A stretch of DNA of 25,468 bases. Source: a virus. Its lineage: Duplodnaviria > Caudoviricetes. The stretch spans positions 1-25,468 of the IMG/VR virus record IMGVR_UViG_3300020042_009499, one strand, 5' to 3'. Below the pieces are notes generated by a model. It saw only the letters and a list, made by a program, of their open reading frames with translations, was not told the DNA's origin and searched no databases. A program made the translations under genes and the position numbers. Shown piece by piece: positions 14,983 through 24,571 of this stretch (the first letter of the stretch is position 1; each line of letters opens with the position of its first letter).

Positions 14983-17900
14983 TTAATGACAAGTCCAATT
15001 TGTTCCGTTATACACAACTGGAATTCCTTGCGCGCCTCCACCTACTACGGTGGCATTGTAGGCAGGAGTAAGAGCATCGCTTACATACACCATTGTGCCA
15101 GCAGCTACCGTTGGCAGGGTCGCGACCGTATAAACAGGAAGTTTCAACGCCCCGTTTACAGTGATTAATGATGTTGCACCAGCCGTAGCCGACCCTAAGT
15201 TTATGTTTGTAACTGAACCACTTGCGCCAGCAGTTCCAATATTTAGCGTTTTTGTCTGACCACTTGCTGTCGCATTTGCTCCTATGCTAAATGTAGCCGT
15301 TGTTGTAGGAGTTCCAAATATTGTAGCGGAAGTGGCAGCTCCAAATGCACTAACTGTTGTTGAGGTTGTATTAAACACCCCTTGTGATGCGGCTCCAACT
15401 AATGCAACGCCCGTCCCTAGCGTTACTGCTGTGTTCCCAATTGATGTTGTTCCACCCCCTTGGGCTCTTATGTTTAAGGCTCCAGAAACAGACGCAATTC
15501 CAACGCCTGAAACAGCCCCGTTAGCCGTATTTATTGCGCCATCTGTCATGTAAATACCTCCATCTAACGAAGCAGGGGAGACCATTCCTACTACATTATT
15601 CCCAAAAAGTATGTTAGAAACTTCAAATCTAATCCTCTCGGTTGGAGTATAGTTAGTGTTATTGGTTGTTGATGAATTTAAATATAAAGATATTGAAGGA
15701 GCTGTGGCTAGTCCACCAAAAGCTAGTAGCCCTGCATTTGTTCCCCTTGCTCGCCAACTCCCTGAGACGAAGGTAGCCGTACCCAAAACTGCGGAATTTG
15801 CCGCTGTGGACGTTAAAAATCCTTGCGATCCCCATTGCAAGGATGCGTTACTCCCAGCCCCTTGAAAAACTGCTAATCCATTTTTGTCAATTTCAAGTTT
15901 TAGGCTTGGTATTGTGTTGTTGGTCGCAGATGTATAAAACTGGATCGCTGCATCACTTGCTGCTGATTTTAGAGAAATTTGTGAAGCAGCTTTTCCAGTA
16001 TTCGCAAAAACTCCCGTATTTGGATTTCGATTAGTAGCTAATTGTAAGTAATCAGATATCCCATCGAAAAACGCCCCTAAATAAGCTGGAGTTGAGCCTG
16101 TTGTTGTGGCTCTTAGTGTAAATAAATCTTTGCCTCCTCCTAGGCTACTAGCAACTCCGCTTTGCAATGCTTCTGCTAATTTTGAATACCCTAAATTATT
16201 CGGATGAATAAAATCCGCCCCAACACAGGTCACAGGATTGTAATACTGATCTACGTCAATAAAAACCACGTTTCTACCCGTAATACTTAGAGCAGAACAG
16301 TTTGATTTCATCGTAATTTTTGCCGCATCAATTACGCTATTGTTTGCAGAAGCAGGGGCAATGGCATACCCAGCCGCATTCATACGAGGGATAGACATCA
16401 CAAAAACCCCTTGACAAGATGCAGGTGTTCGTAAATATCCTATATAGTCAATTGGGGTTACTTTATTATCTAGTAATGTAATAACTACAGTATGTGTTTG
16501 ATTAGACAGACCATCAATTATAAATGCGTCTGGAATAATTGTATTCCCATTTGCTCCATCGCTCACACCGTCTGATTTTCCAGAAGCTGTGTATGTGCCA
16601 GCTAACGTACCATCTATTGTAACCGTAAATCGCCCATAATCAGTTGTAGCATTTGACCCGTAACAACCTATTACTAGGTTCGTGGATGCTGTTAACGTAG
16701 TGTAAGATAGCGTATTCCCAGATGTAGAGCTTTGTCTTGCGTTGCCAGAAAGCTTCTGAACAGACCTGCTTGTAATTGCTGTATAATTGCTCCAAGTTCC
16801 TGTATTCGTAACCGCACTTGCTGCAACTGAAAACTCCATCCATGCCCCTGCTGTAATTGAGTTTATTGCCGAGTTTATTTTATTTAAAGTAGAAGATGCA
16901 CTCCCATTTCTTCGTACATCGTTAAAACCAAATAACATTGTACACTCATTCGAAGCGTACAGCGGATAGTTAATTAATGCATTGATTGCTGCTTGATAAG
17001 CACCTCTCGCACTAACCGACTGGTTAGAAAGAGTCATTGCATTTTTCCCAGCAAAAATGTTGATGTACCCAAAGTTTGCATTTGTAGCTTGTTGAGACTG
17101 AGTAAAAGAGTCCCCAAAACCATAAAAAGTACCTCCAGATAACCCTAACTTATATTCATTTGAATAAGGCAAGTCAGTATTATCTAATGCCCTAAGGGTA
17201 GGGGTAGCTGTATTTGTGTTACTTAGTCCAGGTAGAGGGGAGAGTAACGCTAGACTAGGAGTTTGCGCCCCAATCGCATTGTACACACTTGTAGCATCTG
17301 CAAGGCTTACCGTACCACTTCCATCTGCTTTTAGTATACCATTTATTGAGCCAGCCCCACCATTTGCCGTAGGCAAAACACCTGTAACCTTAGTCGTAAG
17401 GTCGATTGTAGCGTTTGCAATTTTAGCGTTCGTTACGGCACTATTTGCGATTGTTAAAGCATTTGTATTATTAGCAGTTCCATCAAAAGAACTTCCCGAA
17501 CTAGTTATATCACCTGTTGCAATTCCTATCGTTCTTGCTGTTTGTAATGCAGTTGCCGTTCCTGCGTTCCCAGTTACGCTAGTTTGATCCCCCGTATTGC
17601 TTCCTGCTACTGTCGAAGAACCTACTACCAATAAGCTTGGCATAGAACTTCCAGAAACTACTACACTATTAACAGATGTCGGGGTAATAGCTCCTAAACT
17701 TAAAGTAATCGCAGGAGTCGTAGTTGCGGTTGCTACCGAACCAGAAACACCGTTTGCACTAACGACCGAAACGGATGTTACTGTTCCCGACCCACCGCCA
17801 CCTGAATAAGCTGAATCGCAATATGCTCGATTAACAAGAGCTAGACCGTCCCTTTCTATGTCACCACTTCTTGATATGTTATATTTTAAGTACGTGCCTT

Positions 17901-18621
17901 TAGAAATAGTTGGCTTTGTTTGTTCGAAAACCAATGACCTTTCTGTCGCAGGGAATCCAGTATTAATAGTCCCTATCGTTGTTTTTGCTGTGATGCTATC
18001 AATCCCCAGTTCTGTCTTTACAAAGGCGCGGTTGTCTTCATAATCCACTACATGTTCTTGCGAAACCCCAGTGCCATTAAAATAATAATCTGAATGGTTT
18101 GTTAAATTATCAACCGCCCCAAGCTCCCTGCCAACGTAGAAATGAGAATCCGTGTATTTTTGATAGAGTAAATTACCTGTGATATTGTCTGCCCCTGTTC
18201 TAGGAATATAAGATGTATCATTTCGCACCCATGCAGTACCGTTGAAATACATGAAGATTGGGGTAGTTCCGCGCCCTTGTTCTATTCGACCAACTTTTGT
18301 GGTATCTATTGTAGCCGAGCCGCCACCTCCGAAAAAGGAGCGTGACATCTTTGCTAATGAGTCTCCACCTATCACTAACACATTAGGATAAGCGGCTGTG
18401 TCTGTTGTTGTTGAAAGGTTCTTAAACTTTACACGACCTGTTTCAAACTTAAAAACTGGACTTTTACCAGAAATGGTATCAGTCGCACTCCAAACAGGTG
18501 CCTTTGGAACTACTCCAGTAAATTGAGTCGTTTTGTTGGTTATGGAATTATACTGAGGAGCATTGTTCTGCCCAACTGCAAAATGAGAAATGATGGTAAA
18601 TAGTAATAGTAGCTTTTTCAT
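14983..18621 (-). CDS. tail fibre/spike-like protein with SGNH esterase domain and N-terminal signal peptide
   Basis: Fibre motifs (GTVTSVSV, ATALQTARTI, VTGVLPTANGG); SGNH blocks FGDSFT, FGFND, DFIHPN; C-terminal LPVYTVATLP...YNGTNW domain; starts MKKLLLLFTIISHFAVG|Q. Confidence 0.85.
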   Translation of the reverse strand: MKKLLLLFTIISHFAVGQNNAPQYNSITNKTTQFTGVVPKAPVWSATDTISGKSPVFKFETGRVKFKNLSTTTDTAAYPNVLVIGGDSLAKMSRSFFGGGGSATIDTTKVGRIEQGRGTTPIFMYFNGTAWVRNDTSYIPRTGADNITGNLLYQKYTDSHFYVGRELGAVDNLTNHSDYYFNGTGVSQEHVVDYEDNRAFVKTELGIDSITAKTTIGTINTGFPATERSLVFEQTKPTISKGTYLKYNISRSGDIERDGLALVNRAYCDSAYSGGGGSGTVTSVSVVSANGVSGSVATATTTPAITLSLGAITPTSVNSVVVSGSSMPSLLVVGSSTVAGSNTGDQTSVTGNAGTATALQTARTIGIATGDITSSGSSFDGTANNTNALTIANSAVTNAKIANATIDLTTKVTGVLPTANGGAGSINGILKADGSGTVSLADATSVYNAIGAQTPSLALLSPLPGLSNTNTATPTLRALDNTDLPYSNEYKLGLSGGTFYGFGDSFTQSQQATNANFGYINIFAGKNAMTLSNQSVSARGAYQAAINALINYPLYASNECTMLFGFNDVRRNGSASSTLNKINSAINSITAGAWMEFSVAASAVTNTGTWSNYTAITSRSVQKLSGNARQSSTSGNTLSYTTLTASTNLVIGCYGSNATTDYGRFTVTIDGTLAGTYTASGKSDGVSDGANGNTIIPDAFIIDGLSNQTHTVVITLLDNKVTPIDYIGYLRTPASCQGVFVMSIPRMNAAGYAIAPASANNSVIDAAKITMKSNCSALSITGRNVVFIDVDQYYNPVTCVGADFIHPNNLGYSKLAEALQSGVASSLGGGKDLFTLRATTTGSTPAYLGAFFDGISDYLQLATNRNPNTGVFANTGKAASQISLKSAASDAAIQFYTSATNNTIPSLKLEIDKNGLAVFQGAGSNASLQWGSQGFLTSTAANSAVLGTATFVSGSWRARGTNAGLLAFGGLATAPSISLYLNSSTTNNTNYTPTERIRFEVSNILFGNNVVGMVSPASLDGGIYMTDGAINTANGAVSGVGIASVSGALNIRAQGGGTTSIGNTAVTLGTGVALVGAASQGVFNTTSTTVSAFGAATSATIFGTPTTTATFSIGANATASGQTKTLNIGTAGASGSVTNINLGSATAGATSLITVNGALKLPVYTVATLPTVAAGTMVYVSDALTPAYNATVVGGGAQGIPVVYNGTNWTCH

Positions 18622-18624
18622 GAA

Positions 18625-19008
18625 TTATGCTGGTATTGTTAATTTATAAATAAATCCGTTGCTGTTACCCATGTAGACCATAGGGTTGAAGTATATCACA
18701 TTTGGGTCAGACATACTTCCTGTTATTCCCTGTGTGACATCGAGCGGTTGCCAGATACTATTTCCAGTATCTAAGAACCAGACAGAAACGCTTGGGGCAT
18801 AGTTATTCTTATTATGAGTAATGGTATATAAATCTACCGTTCCGTCACAAGTGATTGTCTGCTTGAATGCAGATACACCTAAATCAGCAATGGCTTGCGT
18901 GCTGGCCTCTACGGTTACTCCGTCTTGCACCATAGGTACTTTTTCAGCCCCAGAAAGTGGCAATGAAGCGGTCGGGAGTCCCGATATTGGTATTTCTAAA
19001 TCTGCCAT
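18625..19008 (-). CDS. small fibre adaptor/structural protein
   Basis: ISGLPTAS..LSGAEKVPMVQDGVT N-terminal motif and TITHN..PSVSV motif seen in phage fibre proteins. Confidence 0.65.
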   Translation of the reverse strand: MADLEIPISGLPTASLPLSGAEKVPMVQDGVTVEASTQAIADLGVSAFKQTITCDGTVDLYTITHNKNNYAPSVSVWFLDTGNSIWQPLDVTQGITGSMSDPNVIYFNPMVYMGNSNGFIYKLTIPA

Positions 19009-19520
19009 TATCTTTCTACCAGAATTTTATAACCGCTTTCGGTTGTTAGTATTATAAATGATTCGGTTGATAGGTATTCTTTTATTGTATTAAATCCAGT
19101 TGCGTAGACTACCCCTCTTGATAGCGTATCATTTACGAAAGGTTCATTTTGAATCAAATTCTTTTGGAAAGAAAATGATTTTTTGTCTAAAATGCCTTCG
19201 TTTACGGTAAGTACATCGTTTTGTGACACAAACAATATAGCTTTATCAAAACCCGCATACCCCATCGAAATGATATCAAACAGACTTTGATTTTCTGTAC
19301 TTGTAATAGTAAAACACGTATTAATTGGTGTTTTTGTAACTTTTACATCTACTTGATCTTTTACATATAATGATTGGTCAATTGACACGGAGATATTAAT
19401 AGGCAATTCTTGATTTATATCAAACGAGTTGTCATTAACAAGCTTTGCAATTAAATCAAGGCTATTGTAAGCTTTTAAGCATACGTTATAAATGTCAATA
19501 TTTGGCTGCGTATTAAACAA
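19008..19520 (-). CDS. LysM-like baseplate (tail X-type) protein with two degenerate repeats
   Basis: NIDIYNVCLKAYNSLD and NQSLFDIISMGYAGFD; position after the wedge gene; TTG start. Confidence 0.65.
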   Translation of the reverse strand: MFNTQPNIDIYNVCLKAYNSLDLIAKLVNDNSFDINQELPINISVSIDQSLYVKDQVDVKVTKTPINTCFTITSTENQSLFDIISMGYAGFDKAILFVSQNDVLTVNEGILDKKSFSFQKNLIQNEPFVNDTLSRGVVYATGFNTIKEYLSTESFIILTTESGYKILVER

Positions 19521-19815
19521 TTTTTGCGTTTATGTCTATTTCCAAAAATCCATCATTGTTAATTTTAGCCATTGCCGATTTTATATCCCAATTATCCAAT
19601 TGCAACTGCAACCTTAAATCTCGCTGAACATCCTGAATTAAAATAGGGGCATTTCTATATTTTTTTGCATTAAACCCAATAAATGGATATTGTTTGTACT
19701 CGTTTGGTGCAGCGTCCAATAAATCTTTCATATTACTAAAAGCAGAATTAATCCACTGAATATCTCCATCCTTCCAAAGCAAATCACTGTCAGTATCTAT
19801 CGCTATATCTTTCAT
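19513..19815 (-). CDS. baseplate wedge/sheath initiator (gp25/gp46-like)
   Basis: MKDIAID..DL...DGD, EYKQYPFIG, RLQLQLD pattern; synteny after the spike. Confidence 0.75.
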   Translation of the reverse strand: MKDIAIDTDSDLLWKDGDIQWINSAFSNMKDLLDAAPNEYKQYPFIGFNAKKYRNAPILIQDVQRDLRLQLQLDNWDIKSAMAKINNDGFLEIDINAKIV

Positions 19816-20399
19816 ATCCCGTGTGTAATTAATGAATTTGATATTTCACTTTCAGTAGTCGGAATAATAGGCGTTACAATAGAAGGATCTGTGACTGATG
19901 CTGTAACTGATACCGTTACAGGGCCGGCTACCGAATCTATTGCTGGGTGAATGTGTACATTATATTTAGCCACCAGATCATTAATTTTATTTTCTAGGTT
20001 GTTGATTTTTTTTAGCAACCCATCGTTAGGATTCATAGTATTTTTAACTTTTACAAGCCCTCCAAAACTACCATCATTGAACTGATAAAGCGTTTCTGCT
20101 ACCATATAAACAGTATCAATCTCGCTAAACATAACAACAAAAGGTTCGTTTCTTTGTGTAATTCCAACCCTAACCGCACTTCCTATTTTGGGGATTATTA
20201 AATGTCCATCGTTCGGCTCAGGCATTAACTGTACACTAGGAACATCGAAATCTGAATCCCCCCCAATAGCTTTGCAATCGCATATCCTGTTATCCATGTC
20301 AATCGAAATAACCTCACAGTCAATGAAAGATGCATAGTCTTTTAGCCATGTCCCAGACATTTTTTGAACCGCCTCTCTTATTTTCCTTTGTTGGTTCAT
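19812..20399 (-). CDS. baseplate central spike (gpV-like)
   Basis: OB-fold PKIGSAV, FNDGSFGGLVKV, YNVHIH metal-binding HxH tip. Confidence 0.8.
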   Translation of the reverse strand: MNQQRKIREAVQKMSGTWLKDYASFIDCEVISIDMDNRICDCKAIGGDSDFDVPSVQLMPEPNDGHLIIPKIGSAVRVGITQRNEPFVVMFSEIDTVYMVAETLYQFNDGSFGGLVKVKNTMNPNDGLLKKINNLENKINDLVAKYNVHIHPAIDSVAGPVTVSVTASVTDPSIVTPIIPTTESEISNSLITHGI

Positions 20400-21580
20400 A
20401 ACGGGTTTGATGTTATTTCGTTAGACAGTCCGTCAATACGCAAATCTAATTCAATATCCTGCCTATACCCGTTCATTCCGAAGGTTTTGACTACCTTTTT
20501 AATCAGGTAAATGCCGTTTCGTTCAGGCTTTGTAGCGTCAATCAAATTTGCAGCATCCCCATGTTTTACCGAAGGGAGTCCAAACGCTACAAAAGACCCT
20601 TGAAAGCCTTCATAATAGAATCTATTAAGCCTTTCTGTTGCTAGCTTTTTGAGTTCTTTTTCTGTCTTTACGTCCCAAAAATAAACTGTTCTTAACTCTC
20701 CATCTACAAATCCGTCAGGCACGGTTACAGTAAGCCTTCGCTTCCTTTTGATTGGCGATCCGTCTTTTCGTGTACCTGTATTTTGCTCAATCTCAAACGT
20801 AGAATAGGCTTTTATGCCTAAATTTTGATCATCTAACCTAAAGTATTGAAGGTCTTCATTTACAATGTTCTTTTGAAAGTGAAATACGTGTTCTTTGCGA
20901 TCCGAAGGATAATAAACAACCCCTGCACATCGCAATTCGGGCATACCATCTTTTGATAGTCTGAAATAGCTTTCAAGCCTATAATCTCGCTGTAATGTAT
21001 CTAGTAGTTGTGCCACCGTTTCCGACCCTGTACGCAAGTTCCCAACATTTAACGTAGCCCCTGCATTATTTACCGTTATCCCTGTTCCTTTTAGTATTTC
21101 TGTTAAAATAGAGCCAACATCATACTTTTTTCCGTCCCATACTTTTGTTGGGCATTGGATTTGTTTTAATCGGTACATTTCGTCCTCGCACTCCAATACA
21201 ATAGGAACCGAATTTGAAACCTTTGTAATATACCCGACAAATTCTGTGTACATTTCTGTCACATCGGTATTTGGGTCCTTGTAGTCTGGATAGATATATC
21301 CTAGTTCAACTTTTATTTTATCCCCACGCAAAACCATTGGAGAAGTTGCTTTGTCTCCATAAATGTTCGATCCAAACCAAGTTACTTTACTTCCTTCCTC
21401 TGTATTGAAGTAAATCTTGTTAGGCATTGTTACCTTACAAATATCCGTCAAGTTTTCCCATGTTGAATTTATTTCAACTTCATTACAAAACGGAATAGTA
21501 TAAACAAGTGTCCTATTCGGGTTCTCTTTTGTAGAAACCTGAGTGATAGTAATCTTTGATATGAGCCTTAAAACCCCCAT
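20396..21580 (-). CDS. baseplate hub (gpD/gp44-like)
   Basis: STWENLTDICKVTMP, VELGY, LECEDEM, GFQGSFVAFGLP, GYRQDIEL; synteny. Confidence 0.82.
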   Translation of the reverse strand: MGVLRLISKITITQVSTKENPNRTLVYTIPFCNEVEINSTWENLTDICKVTMPNKIYFNTEEGSKVTWFGSNIYGDKATSPMVLRGDKIKVELGYIYPDYKDPNTDVTEMYTEFVGYITKVSNSVPIVLECEDEMYRLKQIQCPTKVWDGKKYDVGSILTEILKGTGITVNNAGATLNVGNLRTGSETVAQLLDTLQRDYRLESYFRLSKDGMPELRCAGVVYYPSDRKEHVFHFQKNIVNEDLQYFRLDDQNLGIKAYSTFEIEQNTGTRKDGSPIKRKRRLTVTVPDGFVDGELRTVYFWDVKTEKELKKLATERLNRFYYEGFQGSFVAFGLPSVKHGDAANLIDATKPERNGIYLIKKVVKTFGMNGYRQDIELDLRIDGLSNEITSNPL

Positions 21581-22179
21581 TATTGACTAATGTAAAGTTC
21601 AATTGGTTGATCTGAATACGCCTGAATCTCGAATTGCTGTGTACTATACATGCCTTCTACTTCTACAAATTCACAATAAGTAATCACTATGTTATAAATG
21701 TCAAACAATTGTAAAAACCAGCTTGACACATCAATAGCAATCGGGGCGTTTTGCATAGAGATGAAGTCTTGCATTGCCGCCATCGGGAATACTCCGTTTG
21801 CGCCTGTAATTAAACCCTTTATACTAACCGCATAGTCACCATTTGAGATAAATTCCTTTACTGTGGTATTGCGCCCCTGTACTGGCGTTATTACGATGTT
21901 CTTTTGTTGCGCTACGTTAAACAAAACAGTTTCGAGTACAATATCTGGAAACCTGCCTTCTTTACCTTCAATGTCTGTATAGCTTCTTCCAGAAATAGTA
22001 AGGTTAGAAAATACATTAGTCCCCAGCATTTGCGACTTGGACAAAGGAATGTCCTTGTCCTGTTGCGGGATATTGTATAGTAACGTTTTGGCAAGTCCAA
22101 GCCCAAGCGTTTTAATTACTAACTTGCTTGCGTCTTTTAATTGCTGCTCGTTTTGAGGTATGATAAAGTTTTGGCTCAT
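21580..22179 (-). CDS. tail tube initiator-like protein (DUF6046-like)
   Basis: KNIVITPVQGRNTTVKEFISNGDY, QFEIQAYSD; directly after the tape measure. Confidence 0.78.
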   Translation of the reverse strand: MSQNFIIPQNEQQLKDASKLVIKTLGLGLAKTLLYNIPQQDKDIPLSKSQMLGTNVFSNLTISGRSYTDIEGKEGRFPDIVLETVLFNVAQQKNIVITPVQGRNTTVKEFISNGDYAVSIKGLITGANGVFPMAAMQDFISMQNAPIAIDVSSWFLQLFDIYNIVITYCEFVEVEGMYSTQQFEIQAYSDQPIELYISQ

Positions 22180-23603
22180 TTCCCTGCAACTATATTTACA
22201 TCATTAACAGCTGTCAACAATTCTTTACTTACCAATTCTTTAATCTTAAATCCCAGTGTATTGAGGTCGGCAACTTGTATGTTTTGCGTTTCAACCAATT
22301 TGCCGATGTTGATAATAATATGCTTTACACCTCGTACCCTTTCGCTGTCTTTTGATGTTTTTGTTTTCGCTGTTTTAGTAGATTCTAAAGCCGTATTTGG
22401 TTTCATATACGATCTTGCTACTAATTTATCTGGGATCGTTTCTAATGCTTTAATTACAAGCTTATAGCTTTCTGTCCGAGACATAACTTTCATTATGTCG
22501 TCATAATATGACTTAGCATCAGGGGAGTCCGCAAATTGCTTCCCTACAAGTTGCGTTTGCATCGCAGGAATCACCTTTTCGTTCCTTGCTATTCTTTCTT
22601 TTAGTTCCGCTATTTTAAACTCAGCCTCTTTTGTTAATTGTTCCCGAACTTGGTCTGGCGTGCTTCCAGAACTAGCCATCATTTTTTGTTGGTTCTGAAA
22701 CTGTTTTTCTATTGCAGAAATATCTTTCCCTGCATATCTAGCCCCTTGATCTTTTGATAACCCTTCATTGCCTTTTATCATTTCGGTTGCTACATTCATC
22801 CCTTTTGAGAATAAATCTGTCGTAGCCTTGATAATACCTTGAGAATTACCTAATGCAGTTATAAAGTTTGTCCATGAATTTTCAGCTTTAACAATAGAAG
22901 CGTTCATGTTGTCAAGATTTGCCTCGGCACCAGCCCCAAACGTGCGTTCCATTTCCGCAGCAAATTTCGGCAAAAAGTCCTCAGCCATTAATTTACCATC
23001 CGACATAAACTTGTCAAGTTCTGAAGTAGTCATATTCATTGCCTTTGCCGCAATCTTAAAAGCCCCTGGTATTCTTTCTCCAATTTGCCCTCTAAGTTCC
23101 TCGGCCTGAACCTTTCCTTTCCCCATTATTTGACCCAAAGCAAGGAATACACCTTGTTGATCTTCGGCAGAAAGCCCCATTGTTACAGCACCTTTTGAAA
23201 CCTGACTAAACATGTCACGTACCTGATCACCCGTAAACTTGGTATCCATCATTGCGCCTTGGAAAGTTTTAAAACCTCCCGTAAGTTCTTCAATAGGCAT
23301 ACCATATTTTTCTGACATATCACGTAGCCACTGCAAAGAAACCTCGCCGTGTGCGGACGAATCAGATGCAAATTTGATAGCATTCCCCATGGACTGAAAC
23401 CGTGCCGTTGTCAATGCTACGTTTTTAGCGAACGCAAAAGCAGCAGTTCCTCCGCCTATAAGAGCCAATCCCTTACCGAATGATGAAACTGTACTATCAA
23501 GCTTATCAAATGTCCTTGTAGCCTCTTTACCTTTTTTATCAAGGGTATCAAGCTTGCCAGAAACAAGGTCTTGCAGCGAAAATGTATACTTAACTTCTGA
23601 CAT
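22176..23603 (-). CDS. tape measure protein
   Basis: ALGQIMGKGKVQAEELRGQIGERIPG tape-measure motif; helical, Ala-rich; follows the chaperone. Confidence 0.92.
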   Translation of the reverse strand: MSEVKYTFSLQDLVSGKLDTLDKKGKEATRTFDKLDSTVSSFGKGLALIGGGTAAFAFAKNVALTTARFQSMGNAIKFASDSSAHGEVSLQWLRDMSEKYGMPIEELTGGFKTFQGAMMDTKFTGDQVRDMFSQVSKGAVTMGLSAEDQQGVFLALGQIMGKGKVQAEELRGQIGERIPGAFKIAAKAMNMTTSELDKFMSDGKLMAEDFLPKFAAEMERTFGAGAEANLDNMNASIVKAENSWTNFITALGNSQGIIKATTDLFSKGMNVATEMIKGNEGLSKDQGARYAGKDISAIEKQFQNQQKMMASSGSTPDQVREQLTKEAEFKIAELKERIARNEKVIPAMQTQLVGKQFADSPDAKSYYDDIMKVMSRTESYKLVIKALETIPDKLVARSYMKPNTALESTKTAKTKTSKDSERVRGVKHIIINIGKLVETQNIQVADLNTLGFKIKELVSKELLTAVNDVNIVAGK

Positions 23604-23774
23604 CTATTCGTATTGAAACATTCCCATTTTAACTAAAGCGTGTTCTAATTGCGCCCTAATCTGAAAGTATTTATCATCATCCAACTGGTCGGGGTCTAAA
23701 TGCAAAAAGTAGCGAATGTATGCGTCCCATTGCGCCCATTCGCTACTTTTTAGTTTTTCCCTTTCCTCGTTTAA
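23604..23774 (-). CDS. -1 frameshift extension of the tail assembly chaperone (GT-type)
   Basis: After the A9 run (23775-23783) the -1 frame reads LNEEREKLKSSEWAQWDAYIRYFLHLDPDQLDDDKYFQIRAQLEHALVKMGMFQYE*; its TAG abuts the tape measure ATG. Confidence 0.82.
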   Translation of the reverse strand, partial: LNEEREKLKSSEWAQWDAYIRYFLHLDPDQLDDDKYFQIRAQLEHALVKMGMFQYE

Positions 23775-24142
23775 TTTTTTTTTACAACGATGGAGTAGTA
23801 AGTAACAAGTTCACGAGCTTTGCCAATCATTGTCATGTACAACGTGTCGTATTTTGGGTCGTCATTTAAAATCCTTGGATCGCTTTCTGGCAATAAACAA
23901 GAATTCAAAATCATATCCCCTGCCATTGTTCCGCTTTGATCTAAAGCGTCAACGGCTTTCATTTTTACAATGCGCTGAGGGTCTTTCAGATAAGCAACCG
24001 AAAACGGATTTTCAGGAAAATCGCCAGAAACATTCACGATAAAAGCTGTTACTTTTACCTTGTGAATAACTTCCAATTCGGCTCTTTTTACTTCTGCGTT
24101 TTCTTGAAAAACCTCAAAAGGTGTCAACTCTTTTTCTTCCAT
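23771..24142 (-). CDS. tail assembly chaperone (G-type)
   Basis: 123 aa between tube and tape measure; ends GTA AAA AAA AAT TAA. Confidence 0.85.
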   Translation of the reverse strand: MEEKELTPFEVFQENAEVKRAELEVIHKVKVTAFIVNVSGDFPENPFSVAYLKDPQRIVKMKAVDALDQSGTMAGDMILNSCLLPESDPRILNDDPKYDTLYMTMIGKARELVTYYSIVVKKN

Positions 24143-24567
24143 TACAAACCGTTTATGCCTCCGATAATCAAAGGCAACTCAATTAAAATCTTTGTGTCAC
24201 CTTCACTTGAATCAATCAAACTCTGCGTAAACTCAGCTGATTTTACCGTTATTTTCTTGAAGCCAACAAAAGCACCAGCCAACACGATAGGAAAGTCAAA
24301 CGGAGGAATATCTGTAATGTCTTGACCTCCATTAGCTGCAATTATCTTAGCTAATTCGTCAAAATAAACAGTAATAGAGGCTTCATACTCCTTGCGACCA
24401 TACCCACGGCTTACAGGTTCGGCACCACGCCCATAGTTGTTTTCTTTAACTTGACTACGCTTTACCATGAATTTTGTAATACCAATAAGTGGGACTCCAA
24501 AAATCGGGATAGTGGCGTTAATCCAGCTATAATTTACTCCGTTGATTAATACTACAGGTGTCGCCAT
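24142..24567 (-). CDS. tail tube protein
   Basis: INGVNYSW, YGRGAEPVSRGYG, DIPPFD motifs; follows the sheath. Confidence 0.88.
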   Translation of the reverse strand: MATPVVLINGVNYSWINATIPIFGVPLIGITKFMVKRSQVKENNYGRGAEPVSRGYGRKEYEASITVYFDELAKIIAANGGQDITDIPPFDFPIVLAGAFVGFKKITVKSAEFTQSLIDSSEGDTKILIELPLIIGGINGL

Positions 24568-24571
24568 GTTA

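Noticed and set aside
14983-15300. Diversity-generating retroelement target at the fibre C-terminus
   Set aside because: No reverse transcriptase, no template/variable repeat pair noticed, no C-type lectin-like ending
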